NCBI GenBank assembly: GCA_024346625.1
Contig: AP024665.1
Coordinates: 186,001 to 250,000 of the forward strand
Length of the DNA: 64,000 bases
From: Williopsis jadinii
Taxonomy: Eukaryota
Direction of reading: 5' to 3'
Shown here: positions 33,470 to 44,881 of the stretch, piece after piece
Numbering within the stretch: the stretch's first letter is position 1
How the letters are laid out: each line of letters opens with the position of its first letter
Translations under genes and position numbers: made by a program
Notes under the pieces: generated by a model
Database searches by the model: none
Told to the model about the DNA's origin: nothing
Seen by the model: only the letters and a program-made list of their open reading frames with translations

Positions 33470-34435
33470 ATGGATCAAACCGTTAGTATTCATCCTAGAC
33501 GTATCAATTCAGCTCACTAACCACGGATGGTGTAGGAGGTTTACGAGACTTCCTCTGTTGATGATGATTACGCACTTGCAAATGAGCCCGAATTGACAAC
33601 GCGAGATTCCATAGAGGAATTACACGTTGATCTGGATGCTGTTAGGGACAAGTTCGAGCGCAGTGGCGCTGTCCATAACTGTTGTAGTGATTTTGACGAT
33701 CGAATCGATCATGGTGGTAAGGGGTTCAAGACCTATGGTAGACAACCGTTAACTGTGAGGATTGATCTGCTGAAGCAGGAATTGGACGAGCTGATATCAG
33801 AGATCGACGAGACCAACGACGAGAAGGCCCAAAGTGAAAAGGATCAGCTGATCAGACTGTTCGAGGAGGCACAGACAAAGGTGAAGCAGAGGGGCAAGAT
33901 TGTTTTAAGCTCGTTGGACGCTGTTCAACCTGAGGTTAACGAGTGCCATAAGAACGCAGCCGTGGACAGTGGTTCACTTGTACGTTTAGAAGACAGAATT
34001 TCGCAGCTCGAGGGATTAATAGGTAAAACAGACGACTCGAGCTCCTTACAACAGCAGATCAACCAACTGCAACGGCATTTGCAATTGGTATCCAGCGATT
34101 CGATGCTACAGCAGATCATGGGCACCGTGGAGCAAGTCAACAAGAGATTTGAGCAGAGCATAGCACTGAGAAGAAACGTCGAGATGGAAATCGAAATCCA
34201 GGAGGACGTTAAGATACACGAATTGTACGAATTGGTCATCGCTACAAAGGATATTCAACACCAATTACCTCTCTTGATCGATAGGCTGGAGTCGCTCAAT
34301 GAGTTACATTTCAAAACAGCAACTGCGGTGAGCACAGTCGACGAGATGGATGACAAGCTGATGACACTGAGTAAGGATCTGGACAATTGGGAACACTGTC
34401 TATCCCAATTGGAGTCAAAATTCCAGAGTATATGA
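33470..34435 (+). CDS. JNM1: Dynactin p50/dynamitin subunit; join(33470..33481,33536..34435)
   Basis: Spliced N-terminus MDQTEVYETSSVDD carries the dynamitin VYETS motif. Coiled coils LEDRISQLEGLIG and LPLLIDRLESLNELH. Divergent from HER2, as in S. cerevisiae. Confidence 0.85.
33482..33535 (+). other. Spliceosomal intron (54 nt) in the dynamitin gene
   Basis: GTTAGT donor, CACTAAC branch, TGTAG acceptor; phase 0. Confidence 0.85.
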
Positions 34436-34476
34436 GTATATATATAGCAAACCAAGTCCCGCAGTATAGCCCATGA

Positions 34477-34490
34477 ACATCCGTACACCA
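34477..34490 (+). promoter_or_regulatory. Rap1-type site ACATCCGTACACCA upstream of YIP1
   Basis: Matches the RPG/telomeric Rap1 motif; an identical 14-mer lies upstream of VPS1. Confidence 0.55.
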
Positions 34491-34631
34491 AACCGAGGCC
34501 TTCTCGTGTAGTTGTGTGTTGTGTTTTTTTTTTGCGTGATGTTCAAAATGGCAACAAGAAGCTCATTCAACAATTCATCAGGAAACAAAGAAGAAGGCCG
34601 GGAAGACGAAGACGGATAAGTACTCTCAGTC

Positions 34632-35285
34632 ATGGCATTTTATCAGGATTTCAACGCTGTCCAGGGGACGATGGATTTCCAGAACCAATTCCCACAGGGA
34701 ACTGTAGACGGTGAGATTCTCTCTACCGGGATCCTTTCGGCTTTCAGCACAAGTGGCTACTCACACGAACCACCTCTACTTGAGGAACTGGGAATCAACT
34801 TCCAACACATCAAACAGAAGACGCTGCTGACGCTGAACCCGAGATCATCGCACATGACGAGCGAAATCTCTAACGACGGTGATTTGGCCGGCCCAGTGCT
34901 TTTCTGTCTGATCTTTGCCATTTGTCTTCTCCTAGCAGGGAAAGTCCATTTCGGATACATCTACGGTGTTGCACTTGTTGGCACAGTATCACTACACTGG
35001 TTCTTCAAGCTGATGAGTGATCTAAGCGTGGATTTCGTCAGAACCGCAAGTGTGCTGGGTTATTGCTTGCTACCTCTCGTACCCGTGGCATTCTTGGGCA
35101 TTGCGATGCCATTGAACAACTCCTTGGGGTATGTCATTAGCGCCATCAGCGTTCTATGGTCGGCCTACTCTGCCTCAGGATTCTTTGTCTCGATGTTGAA
35201 GCTCGATAACGTCAGACCACTCATTGCTTACCCTTTGGCCATGTTCTACTCCGTGTTTGTCCTCATGGCGGTGTTTAAAGACTGA
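34632..35285 (+). CDS. YIP1: Yip1 ER-Golgi membrane trafficking protein
   Basis: EPPLLEELGINFQHIK, DLAGP, GKVHFGYIYG, SVLGYCLLP and LIAYP. Confidence 0.95.
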   Translation: MAFYQDFNAVQGTMDFQNQFPQGTVDGEILSTGILSAFSTSGYSHEPPLLEELGINFQHIKQKTLLTLNPRSSHMTSEISNDGDLAGPVLFCLIFAICLLLAGKVHFGYIYGVALVGTVSLHWFFKLMSDLSVDFVRTASVLGYCLLPLVPVAFLGIAMPLNNSLGYVISAISVLWSAYSASGFFVSMLKLDNVRPLIAYPLAMFYSVFVLMAVFKD

Positions 35286-35487
35286 ACGGCTCTGTCAGTT
35301 CCTAGACCTTTTACATAGATGCCCTTTCTAGTCCTAAACCATGGTTTATAACACGAGCATCGCGTGTAGACCCGTAGCTTTGAAAGCCTAGTCCTTGAGG
35401 ACTTAGCTCTCAGTCCCCTAGCGAGACCTTAGTCCCCTCCTATTGAGCGTTGTCCCATCAACCGCATCGCAACCTCTTTAAAGGAAA

Positions 35488-35539
35488 ACGCGACAACCGC
35501 GAAACCCCAAACAAGAAATCCTGACGCGTTGAAATTTTT
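35488..35539 (+). promoter_or_regulatory. MCB/SCB-like G1/S elements upstream of POL31
   Basis: ACGCGA at 35488, CGCGAAA at 35498 and ACGCGT at 35524, followed by TGAAATTTTT. Confidence 0.55.
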
Positions 35540-35613
35540 CCTCATCAAACTGCGCTAGACCCTCAGCACAGAGCAAAAGGGGACTAGCCATTGGTTCAAG
35601 TCACGAGCAAGCA

Positions 35614-36987
35614 ATGCCTTCAATAGGGAACATGGCCATTCCAAACGAGTTCCAGCAAGAATCGGAGCATGCTGTTGTTACGAGGTGTGAAATTGATTCT
35701 AAGAGCGGATTCAAATCTCATGATCTGTACGTGTTGAATGAGCGTTCCTACTCGAATCAGTTTGCTCCCATGTACTTCAACCGACTACAGGTGTTGAGGC
35801 CAAGGGTGTCCCACAGTGCTACGAAGAAGTGGGCCAATGAGTCCATCAACGGCACCAAAGTGGTCAAGAGGGATAAGGTCTTGGACGTGAAGCCCTCTGA
35901 GCCCAGCTGGGTCATTGGTACGGTGTATATGGAGATGAAGTACAAGCCTAACATCCTGGAGGAGGTTAGTAAGAATAACGTCAACGTTGACGTGTCCGGG
36001 ATAGAGTCATATGTGGATCAAGATCTTGACGAGATATACCTGGAGGACGAAAGTGGTAGGATTCTCCTGGATGGTGATATCTTTAAGTCTACTGTGCTTT
36101 GCACTGGTGTTGTTGTTGGGGTCTTAGGTATGGAGACGAAGCCGGGATGCTTTACCGTTGTTGATATTGTTTATCCATTAATGAGCGCACAGAAGCCCAC
36201 CAGAGCTTCACAGGGGAAAGTGGCTATCTGCTCAGGCTTACAATTCACTGGAATCTGGGACGCTAAGCACGCCCTATTGCAAGATTACCTGACTGGTGAA
36301 CTCGGCCATGACTCTTCACAATTGACACGTCTTATCATTGCCGGTAACTCTGTTAGGGTGCAAGAACAAGATCAAGTCCAGCAGAGGAATAAATACGGAG
36401 CTAAGAACAAGTCCAACTTTTCGCAACAATCCATCAGCCAGCTGGATTCATTTATCCATGCTTTGTTACCTTCAATACCAGTTGATCTAATGCCAGGCGA
36501 ATCTGATCCAGCAGAAATATCACTTCCACAGCAACCTCTTCACAGAGCACTGTTCCACAAGTCACAGAGTTATCTCAAATCAAATAACTTCAACACTCTG
36601 ACAAATCCACAATGGTTCCAATTCAACGAATTGAGAGTTTTGGGCACCAGTGGAGAAAACGTCAATGACGTTTATAAGTACGTTGTACCGGACTCTCTAC
36701 AAGTTTCCAGATTACCAATTGTGGAGGCTTCACTCCACTGGCAAAACATCGTGCCGACTGCACCGGACACATTGGCATGTTACCCTTTTGAAAGGGATCC
36801 ATTTACTATGACAGAGACTCCACATGTCTATTTCATAGGTAACCAACCACGGTTTGAGACAAAGTTACTCTCCTTAGAGAGAGGGCAGGTAAGAATCATC
36901 TGCGTTCCAGATTTTAACAAGTCTGGTCAATTGGTTGTATTGGACACAGATACCTTAGATGCCAATGTTGTTACGATATCGTCATAA
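35614..36987 (+). CDS. POL31: DNA polymerase delta B subunit
   Basis: YSNQFAPMYFNRL, LEDESGR, LIIAGNS, MPGESDP, LPQQPLH, LTNP, PTAPDTL and PHVYFIGNQ. Confidence 0.95.
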   Translation: MPSIGNMAIPNEFQQESEHAVVTRCEIDSKSGFKSHDLYVLNERSYSNQFAPMYFNRLQVLRPRVSHSATKKWANESINGTKVVKRDKVLDVKPSEPSWVIGTVYMEMKYKPNILEEVSKNNVNVDVSGIESYVDQDLDEIYLEDESGRILLDGDIFKSTVLCTGVVVGVLGMETKPGCFTVVDIVYPLMSAQKPTRASQGKVAICSGLQFTGIWDAKHALLQDYLTGELGHDSSQLTRLIIAGNSVRVQEQDQVQQRNKYGAKNKSNFSQQSISQLDSFIHALLPSIPVDLMPGESDPAEISLPQQPLHRALFHKSQSYLKSNNFNTLTNPQWFQFNELRVLGTSGENVNDVYKYVVPDSLQVSRLPIVEASLHWQNIVPTAPDTLACYPFERDPFTMTETPHVYFIGNQPRFETKLLSLERGQVRIICVPDFNKSGQLVVLDTDTLDANVVTISS

Positions 36988-37049
36988 TTCGATAGTTCAT
37001 AGTGTATTTATATACATGATATAGATGGTATATTTACAGTGTGTGTTGT

Positions 37050-38618
37050 TCATTTAGTCATTGGATAGTCTCCTGCTCGGTTAATACCTTTGCCATAGCT
37101 CTTATCGGCCCCAAACTTGGCATGCGACAAATCTCTATTGACAACATTCAATCTGTCAAGAACTTTCAAAGATAGCTCAGGCATCACTGGCTGGATGAGG
37201 ATACTTGCTACTCTTGCTGTTTCCACACCCATTAGAATGATGAGATCCTTCTCCAGTTGCTCACGCTTCCATGGTTCGCTATCTTGGATAAATTGGTTCG
37301 CATCAGATATGACACTCCAAAATTCTTGAATGGCAGCCGCAGTGTTCAACTGAACCATATCAGTGTTCATCTTGTCGTATAGTGAGTTGATAGATTGTTT
37401 CAAATTGGTTAATTGCTGCTGTAAGATTGGATCTTCGAACTGGTGTTCGTTCAAAGTATCGTACTCTTTCAATGCTCTCTCAACATTGAACTTCTTACCA
37501 CAACAACGCATCACGAGGTTGGAATACTTATCAACTAACTGATCGCGGCTTCTTTGTAGGCTCTCCACACTGAAGTTGTTATCACCATTGAGGACGCTAT
37601 TTTCACACAAGAAGAATCTCACAGGATCAACTCCATAGTCATTAATTATTTGCAGAGGATCAACAACGTTTCCTTTGGATTTGCTCATCTTGCTTCCTTC
37701 ACAGAGCCAATGTCCATGGACAACAACCTGTTTCGGCAATGGAATTTCAGCAGCCATTAACAACGCAGGCCAGTACACACAATGGAAACGGATGATATCC
37801 TTACCTATGAGATGCGTAGCATTCGACCAATACTGGTTGAGCTCTGGGTATTTACATGAGGTCAGGTAGTTCACCAGTGCGTCTATCCAGACGTAAATTC
37901 TCTGCGAATCATCACCGGGCACTTGAATGCCCCATTTGAGACGAGCAGATGGTCTCGATACTGACAAATCAGCTAAAGGCTGGGACTTAAGCTCGTTCAA
38001 TAGTTCATTATACTTCTGCCCTGGTATGATCCATTGTGGATTACTCTCTAAAAGTTGTATCAACTTCTCTCTGAACTCACTCAGCTTGAAGAAGTAGTTC
38101 TTCTCCTTGGTCAATTTCACCTCACTTCCAGATTCAATCGAGACCCACTTCCCGTCCTCTTCCTGCTTGATCTGTGTCCTTGGATAGAACGTCTCGTCAC
38201 TGATTGCATACCATCCTTCATGTTCACCCTCATATATCCAGCCCTTCTCTTGCAAAGTGTTCCATACTTGCTCAACAGCCTTGACGTGGTCCTCATCTGT
38301 TGTTCTGATGAATCGATCGTAGTCTATGCTACACGTGGCAGCCAAATCCTTGAACACCAAGGCTAAAGAATCAACAAACTGTTTCGGTGGCACATTCTTT
38401 GCCTCAGCAGCCAGCTGAATCTTCAATCCATGCTCATCAGTACCAGTGGTGAAGAAACTATCATTGCCTGATAGCTTTGCCCATCTATTACGAACATCAC
38501 AGAGAAGCATCGAATACAAATGGCCCAGATGGGGTGCCGCATTCGGATAGAAAATCGGCGTTGTTATATAAAACGGCTTCGACGCCCTTTGAAGCAATGG
38601 GATGGTCCGCTTAAACAT
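37050..38618 (-). CDS. MSM1: Mitochondrial methionyl-tRNA synthetase
   Basis: YITTPIFYPNAAPHLGH (HIGH motif), GTDEHGLKI, YVWIDALVNY, IGKDIIRFH and KMSKS. Confidence 0.95.
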   Translation of the reverse strand: MFKRTIPLLQRASKPFYITTPIFYPNAAPHLGHLYSMLLCDVRNRWAKLSGNDSFFTTGTDEHGLKIQLAAEAKNVPPKQFVDSLALVFKDLAATCSIDYDRFIRTTDEDHVKAVEQVWNTLQEKGWIYEGEHEGWYAISDETFYPRTQIKQEEDGKWVSIESGSEVKLTKEKNYFFKLSEFREKLIQLLESNPQWIIPGQKYNELLNELKSQPLADLSVSRPSARLKWGIQVPGDDSQRIYVWIDALVNYLTSCKYPELNQYWSNATHLIGKDIIRFHCVYWPALLMAAEIPLPKQVVVHGHWLCEGSKMSKSKGNVVDPLQIINDYGVDPVRFFLCENSVLNGDNNFSVESLQRSRDQLVDKYSNLVMRCCGKKFNVERALKEYDTLNEHQFEDPILQQQLTNLKQSINSLYDKMNTDMVQLNTAAAIQEFWSVISDANQFIQDSEPWKREQLEKDLIILMGVETARVASILIQPVMPELSLKVLDRLNVVNRDLSHAKFGADKSYGKGINRAGDYPMTK

Positions 38619-39055
38619 GTCTCTTCAACACGACGGTAGTTATCCAGTCCCCCGTCTGTTTGTGCTGGAAGAGAAGGGAAGGGAAGGGAAGCCCGTGTAC
38701 GCTTCGAGCAGATGATCATCACCACCGGAGAAATGTCCGGATGTCTAGCTGTGGCTCATACCGAGATGATCTTGCCGCGTTGAACTTCGAGTGCGTCGAT
38801 GTCTGCAAATGCTACAAGTTTGGGCTACAATGGTGATACTTTTATATGGTAGTTAAGGTAACCAGTACGCTTTTGAAGAGGGAGAGTACAATTGATCAAT
38901 ATTGAGACACGACTAAAGTAACATTATCAAATTACCACGGAATTAGAGTGGAGTTAAAAAATATACACAACGTAGATGTGTGTAGAGTTGAGCTATCATC
39001 AGCAACTTGCGTTCCCTATTTATGAAAAAAAGGGAAGAGAAGATGGGGGTATTGC

Positions 39056-40138
39056 TTAGATAAACAACAGACCAACCAAAGCAGCGATACTGGCCCCAAC
39101 GATACTAGAAGCCTTACCTTCAAAGGTTTGGACCTCGGCAGCAGTTGAGTCTGCTTCAACAGCAGAAGCAGCAGCAGAAGCAGCTTCAGTGACAGCCTCA
39201 GTGGCACCGGCAGAGGCAGCGACTTGGGCTGCTGAAGCTGCTGAAGCTGCAACTTCTGTTGTAACATCATCAGCACCACCTTGGGCTTGGGTTTCAGCAA
39301 GAGCCTCAGTGTCTTCTTCTTCTTCTTCTTCTTCTTCTTCCTCAGCAGCTGGGGCCTCAGTGGTTTGAGCTGGTGCTTCGGTAGTTTCAGCTGGGGCATC
39401 AGTGGTTTGAGCTGGTGCTTCAGTAGTTTCAGCTGGTGCTTCAGTAGTTTCAGCTGGTGCTTCAGTAGTTTCAGCTGGTGCTTCAGTAGTTTCAGCTGGT
39501 GCTTCAGTAGTTTCAGCTGGTGCCTCAGTTGTCTCTTCAGCCGGTTCTTCCTCCTGGTCAGCAGTGGTACCTTCGGCTGTGGTGGTAGCCTCTCCTTCAT
39601 CAACTTCATCACATCCACCTGTGTAGTCACAGGCTCTAATAGCGTAATCTGGGGTGTAGATATCAGTCAAAGTGGTTGAACATCTGCTAGTACCAGTTGG
39701 CTCAGTGGATAATCCTGGACAGGCTCTCAAGGCATCGGTAACATATGGACCGTAATACTTCCACAAGGTCCAACCACAGTTCATACATGATGGGTAGTAG
39801 GTCATAAACTCTGAGTCAGATGGACAGAGACATTCACTGTCATGAGGACCAAGGTAAGAATTCTCTGTGTTTCTAGAACACTTTTGACCTTCAATGATCA
39901 ACAAACCGCAGGCAGCGTGACAAGCAATATCAGCACACTGGTCCTCTGAAGCTGCCATAGCATAAGCCTCTGGATCAGCATGACCAATCGCTTCGGCCTC
40001 AGCATAGGCATCAGCATAAGCACGAGCAGCTGCTGCCGCGTGTGGGTTGGCCTTCGCCCATGGAATAGCGTCAGCGTTTGGAGCAGCATTGACAAGAGCT
40101 GCAATTGTAGCAGTAGCAAGGAAACGAGTGAAGAACAT
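39056..40138 (-). CDS. GPI-anchored cell-wall protein with Cys-rich N-domain and T/E/A/P repeat stalk (possibly Ihd1/Pga36-like)
   Basis: Signal peptide MFFTRFLATATIAALVNA; CHAACGLLI..C..CLC..CMNCGWTLW domain; GPI-type tail FEGKASSIVGASIAALVGLLFI; strongly biased codons. Confidence 0.85.
   Translation of the reverse strand: MFFTRFLATATIAALVNAAPNADAIPWAKANPHAAAAARAYADAYAEAEAIGHADPEAYAMAASEDQCADIACHAACGLLIIEGQKCSRNTENSYLGPHDSECLCPSDSEFMTYYPSCMNCGWTLWKYYGPYVTDALRACPGLSTEPTGTSRCSTTLTDIYTPDYAIRACDYTGGCDEVDEGEATTTAEGTTADQEEEPAEETTEAPAETTEAPAETTEAPAETTEAPAETTEAPAETTEAPAQTTDAPAETTEAPAQTTEAPAAEEEEEEEEEEDTEALAETQAQGGADDVTTEVAASAASAAQVAASAGATEAVTEAASAAASAVEADSTAAEVQTFEGKASSIVGASIAALVGLLFI
39345..39533 (-). 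repeat. 21-bp coding minisatellite (about 9 x TTEAPAE)
   Basis: (ggtgcttcagtagtttcagct)n on the + strand, with five near-identical units; adjacent (TTC)n encodes a poly-Glu run. Confidence 0.92.
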
Positions 40139-41852
40139 AGTTAAAATGTGCTAGTGGTTGAATTCTGTGTGAATTTGAAAAAAGAAGGATATATAAGATG
40201 AAACCTTTAGAGTCTGCAAAGGGATTCCACTCTCCTATTTATACAAGGGCAACTGTAAAGTGTTCATTAAATACAATTTAATAGTAATATCTCTTTTCAC
40301 AATAGTACGTATTCAGATGTACAGGTTACAAATTTGCATTGAATGACAGATAGAATACGCTTGGTGATGCATTTAGAAACCACTTTGGTATATCAAGTTG
40401 TGCAGAATTGCAAAACGTCTTGGTGTAAAGCAAGAACAAAACTGGGTGTTGATGCAGAATGTTCAATTCATTACAACAAAACATAAACAAAGGGATTAGA
40501 GTTGTAACTTTTCAGGCGTGACTCCGTATGGGCCAAGGCAAGGCAACTTTCCAGGTTTCGAGCAATATTGATCATTTTATTCAAATGTAGGGATATAAAA
40601 CCTGTTTTTATTTAGATACATCAATTCTGCAGTATTGACAGGATACATGTGCCTTGATCAGCTCAACACTATTGGGTAACTCCCCAAAGTCGCAAATTAT
40701 TCTTTAAAACGAACACAGATCTTCCTATGAGTGTTGTAGAGGGAAATCAGGCCATGCTACAAGGAGCTCAGAGTCCCATCAATTCTTCTCTAATAACACC
40801 CAATTGTACCAAATTCCAAGAATACTTAGCTCTATTGGGAATTAATGTTCCCCATCGTACAGGTTCCAAGACAAGTCTTGAGGAATTCAGTAGTTACACA
40901 CTTAAAGGTCTCTGATATGAAGCCCAAGTGTCCCGGGACCATGGAATTCCTGAAGGAAACACTTGCTTATAGTGCAGAGGCAGAAGTTAACATTTGTGAG
41001 GGTTATGTCTTTGTAGATCTATCTATCATCCTAACATCAGTGCATTATTGGTTCTCAGAATTCACCAAACACAATACACAGCTAAAAGTTGTAATGCTAA
41101 TAAGGCCCCTAATAAAAGCAGCTCAACGAATTACGCGGAATACATCCAACTCGAAACATTTACCATGAAATGGTCTTTCTGTACAAAGTCAAAACATCTT
41201 CTCTATTGGTTCGCTATAGTTTTAATGCTGCATGCCTTCTACTGGATCCTCAGAGTTACACAAGAGAGTAAAAAATGGGTGTACCAAGAAATGTTGAAAA
41301 GACCGAAAAGTTTCGCAAGACTTTCGAGCGAGGAGGAACACGGTGCTTTCAGAGTTTCTTGTGATGTTCTATACTTAGAAGGGAGACTACAATCCAGACT
41401 CGGTGCACCATAGCATTCTCTCCTTCACGTTCCCATCTAGCTCTTGTTTTTTCTGCCTGTTCACTGTTTTTTTTTTTTCATTTTTATATAATACCAGTAC
41501 AATTAATCAGCTTTTGAAGTAGTACCAAGTTGAGCTATTTCGGCTGTAAGATACATACATAGACACCTAAGCTATTATGCTCCTTTCCCAGTTATAATCA
41601 CGCAAATGTACAAATCATAACTGTTGAAGTGACATATGTACGACATGCCTCTCTTACATGCACCTCGGAGAAGAGAAAAAACACCATATGGAAATGTTGA
41701 GTAGTTTTGATGAATTGAACAAAGAATGTTAGCGTCATCATGTAGTGGCATATTGATGAACATTGAGAGTATATTTGCTTTAGGAATATTGATGATTTGA
41801 TGTTTGTAGATTGCAAATGATTTAAGGAAGGTGAGGGCACAAAGAAAAAAAA

Positions 41853-41925
41853 TGCGATTTCTGTGGATTGAACACAGGACCTCATGATCTTCAGTCATGC
41901 GCTCTCCCGACTGAGCTAAAACCGC
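41853..41925 (-). tRNA. tRNA-Phe(GAA), intronless
   Basis: GCGGTTTTAGCTCAGTCGGGAGAGCGCATGACTGAAGATCATGAGGTCCTGTGTTCAATCCACAGAAATCGCA is 73 nt and folds as a full cloverleaf; a T8 Pol III terminator follows. Confidence 0.97.
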
Positions 41926-42593
41926 AGATTACATGTTCGTTTCAGAACACGCAATGTCTCATTAATATCGTTGATAGCATAATCATCGTCGAAAGAGAGC
42001 ATTCCAGTTATTATTGAACAGAGTGAGTGACTTCTTCTGGGCATGATATCCATATGATCCTCGGTTCCCTTTAACACTGAACTCAACCGTAACTCATCAC
42101 TGTCTTAAGGGGAAAGCCAACTGGCATTAATTGGCAAACTTTTATTGAGAGGTTAAGGTGATGCTCAGTTCTGTCATCTCCTACGCTTCAATTATTCAAA
42201 GAATCCAGAACCTTGTTCAATCAATGGTTGATAGCTCAAATGAGTTCCTTATTTGTCTGAACACTGAACACAATAGGGGGACCTTAGGATCTGAAGCAGA
42301 CTAACCAGCAATTTACTGTTACTTTTAAACAAACAGTGGCTCCAAGTGTTCGTGGAGCTAAGCAACTATGACTTGATCCGCTTATAACAACCACATCATA
42401 ATCTATAATACACTCCAGGTTCTTCATCAGTTTTGCCAGCAACAAAGTCAACAACAAAAATACTTAGCTTCTTGTCTACAAAATAGTGTAACATTTGCTT
42501 ATAATCAGCATGATATAACATAAAGTCTAGAATTTACAAATCTGAAGAGAAAAAAAAAGATACCTCGATAAAGAACAATAATAAGCCTCACAG

Positions 42594-44666
42594 CTAAACA
42601 CTCGAGACGATCTCGTTTGCATGTCTCAAAACATCAACCATCTTCAAGCATTCTTGTCTTCTCTGTTTGGTGAGCTCGTTTTCCTTAACCAAGTCGCTCA
42701 TGTCGCTAGAACTATATAATTTCTCCAACAAGATCTTTTGAATATCATTTCTGGACTTGATGATCAACTTCAACATAATAGCCTTTGGAATAATATCAGC
42801 AACTGTGCGCTTTACAATGGAGAAGTAACTTTGAATCAAGAGCTTGATAACTTCAGTTTCCATAGTCTCACGATCAGACATGGCACCAACAGCTTTGAGA
42901 ACCGGAGGAGGAGCTTCCATAGCAGCCAAGCGCTTCTTGTTCTTTGATGAAAAGAAGCCACCAAAGAATCCTTGACTCTTATCATCTTCAGTAATAGATG
43001 GGGCCGGTGAATGAGAAGCAATTGGTTTACCTGTCTTTGGATCAACTTGAACTTGCTTTGGGTGAAGTTTCTCCTGCACCATAGCCATGGCTTGGGAGCC
43101 CTTCAAGAGATCTGGATGAGCTGTATTGATGTATGTTTCCTCAGATTGGATAATATCAGTGACAAATTCTTGGGTTGGGATCAATGCCTGTCTCAGGAAC
43201 TCGATAAAGGAGTTTGAGAGAGCCTCTTTCAACTGTGGGTATCTTGAATATTTTGGATTTTGCAAGATTTGTGTCAAGATACGAACCAACTCGTCAAAGA
43301 TCAAATTGATACAACGTATGGATGGATCCTCAAATCTATGGATCTGTTGCTTGACCAAGACTTCAAAAGCCTGTGTACCGACGAAAAGTGAAGGAGCAGC
43401 ACCCGAGGAGTTGTACATGATCGTTCTAATATCAGAGTCCTTGATCTGGTCAAATGGGTCTAATGCATTGACACCGTTCTTGTAAATTTCGTGGAAGACA
43501 AAGGAAATTCTGGCACCACCACTCAATTCTAAACTTGACAATTCCTTAGCTTCACCATCCAAGATACCGTTGTAATCATTACAGAAATCAGTGATGATGG
43601 ACAATACGATAGAGCTTGGTGAATCCATAGTCTCTGGGCCCAATGATGCGAGTTCAGATTGGTACTTCTTCAATGCGGTTTCAATTCTTAACTTGATCTC
43701 TGGTAAAGTCTGCTTGATGTGGTGCAACAAGATAGAGTTCAACTTCTTAGCCAAGTATGGAGTACCACAATAGTGAGCTTTTGAGCTGTACGAAGGGTGA
43801 TTCTCAAAGAATTTCTTTTCATCTAGTAAAGCTGCTCTGATGGTCTTCTTCTGTTCGATGTCCTTTTGACCTCTATTTATAACTGGAACGTAACCATATC
43901 TCAATGGGATCACACGCCCAGCCAAAATTTCAATGACATCGGTACCTTGGTCCATCAAGTCAACCTTTGTCAACACACCGATGGTTCTGGAACCTTCAGG
44001 GTCCACTTCACGAGCAAGCTTAAGACCGTCACTATTAGCCAAATCCGTGTTGGCGGCGTTAACGGAGAGGATGATTGCGTTTGGCTTTGAGATAAATTTG
44101 AGGATCATATCCTTAATCTGCTTCTCAATGTCTTTTGGTTGATCACCAACTGGGACTTTTGTTAAACCTGGCAAGTCCACAAGTGTCAAAGTCAAGACGT
44201 GTGGAGAGTAGATTCTCAAATTGATTGGAACTGGAGAGATACCGGCGTTCTTACCCGTTTTGGCCTCGGTTTCGTTCACAATTTCTTGTCTAATCTCGTC
44301 AAAGTTGAAGAATTTCTTACCTGGAAGGTGCAAAAATTCACCCCATTCATCCTCGTTGTCCTCAGACTGGCCCCCGTTCCCGTTGGATCCAGATTCCAAG
44401 TTCAAGAGATCCTTGGTGTCCTTCTTGGAGTCCTTAGAAGGTCTACGGTTAACAAGCTGCAAGATCAAAGGTCTTCTGGTCACAATACCGGTACCACGTG
44501 GTAAGAAGTCACGTCCAACAATGTTCTCCAAGACAGAAGACTTACCAGAGGATTGCGACCCAACAACCGTGATCTGTGGCAAGTCAACCGGTGAGGAAGA
44601 GCCTCCACCCAATGGAGCTAGGGCATCCTGCAATTTGTTGATAGTGGCAATGAGTGTCTCGTCCAT
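42594..44666 (-). CDS. VPS1: Dynamin-like GTPase Vps1
   Basis: [50 protein letters not shown] and a GED tail. ATG at 44666. Confidence 0.97.
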   Translation of the reverse strand: MDETLIATINKLQDALAPLGGGSSSPVDLPQITVVGSQSSGKSSVLENIVGRDFLPRGTGIVTRRPLILQLVNRRPSKDSKKDTKDLLNLESGSNGNGGQSEDNEDEWGEFLHLPGKKFFNFDEIRQEIVNETEAKTGKNAGISPVPINLRIYSPHVLTLTLVDLPGLTKVPVGDQPKDIEKQIKDMILKFISKPNAIILSVNAANTDLANSDGLKLAREVDPEGSRTIGVLTKVDLMDQGTDVIEILAGRVIPLRYGYVPVINRGQKDIEQKKTIRAALLDEKKFFENHPSYSSKAHYCGTPYLAKKLNSILLHHIKQTLPEIKLRIETALKKYQSELASLGPETMDSPSSIVLSIITDFCNDYNGILDGEAKELSSLELSGGARISFVFHEIYKNGVNALDPFDQIKDSDIRTIMYNSSGAAPSLFVGTQAFEVLVKQQIHRFEDPSIRCINLIFDELVRILTQILQNPKYSRYPQLKEALSNSFIEFLRQALIPTQEFVTDIIQSEETYINTAHPDLLKGSQAMAMVQEKLHPKQVQVDPKTGKPIASHSPAPSITEDDKSQGFFGGFFSSKNKKRLAAMEAPPPVLKAVGAMSDRETMETEVIKLLIQSYFSIVKRTVADIIPKAIMLKLIIKSRNDIQKILLEKLYSSSDMSDLVKENELTKQRRQECLKMVDVLRHANEIVSSV

Positions 44667-44881
44667 TGTATCAGTCTTCACAAATTAAACACACTTTGTC
44701 TTTCTTCGTTCTCTGAGAAGCGTATCAGAACGAGCTTGTGAGGTGTTGTTGATGGCGGGTTTCTCAGTTTTTGTGTTTACTTTCCCGTTATGTTGTTGTC
44801 CCTTAAATTTTCAGGTTTTTCCACAGCGGCGGTGTCCATGTTGTTGCACGTTGCGAAATACGTAAGCAAAAAAAAAGAGGG

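Noticed and set aside
3105..38618. Three mitochondrial translation genes (AIM10, HER2, MSM1) in one window
   Set aside because: They are widely spaced, and each sits in its own conserved microsynteny group (SBH1-AIM10, HER2-JNM1, YIP1-MSM1 with POL31 between).
39016..39630. 204-aa ORF with (QLKLLKH)n repeats
   Set aside because: Alternative-frame shadow of the TTEAPAE minisatellite.
41420..41545. TCACGT + T-rich tract + TTTCGG resembling a point centromere
   Set aside because: Does not match CDEI (RTCACRTG) or CDEIII (TTTCCGAAA), and the spacer is not AT-rich enough.
41705..41730. B-box-like GTTCAATTC on the minus strand, resembling a second tRNA T-arm
   Set aside because: No cloverleaf or A box, and the match is too short.
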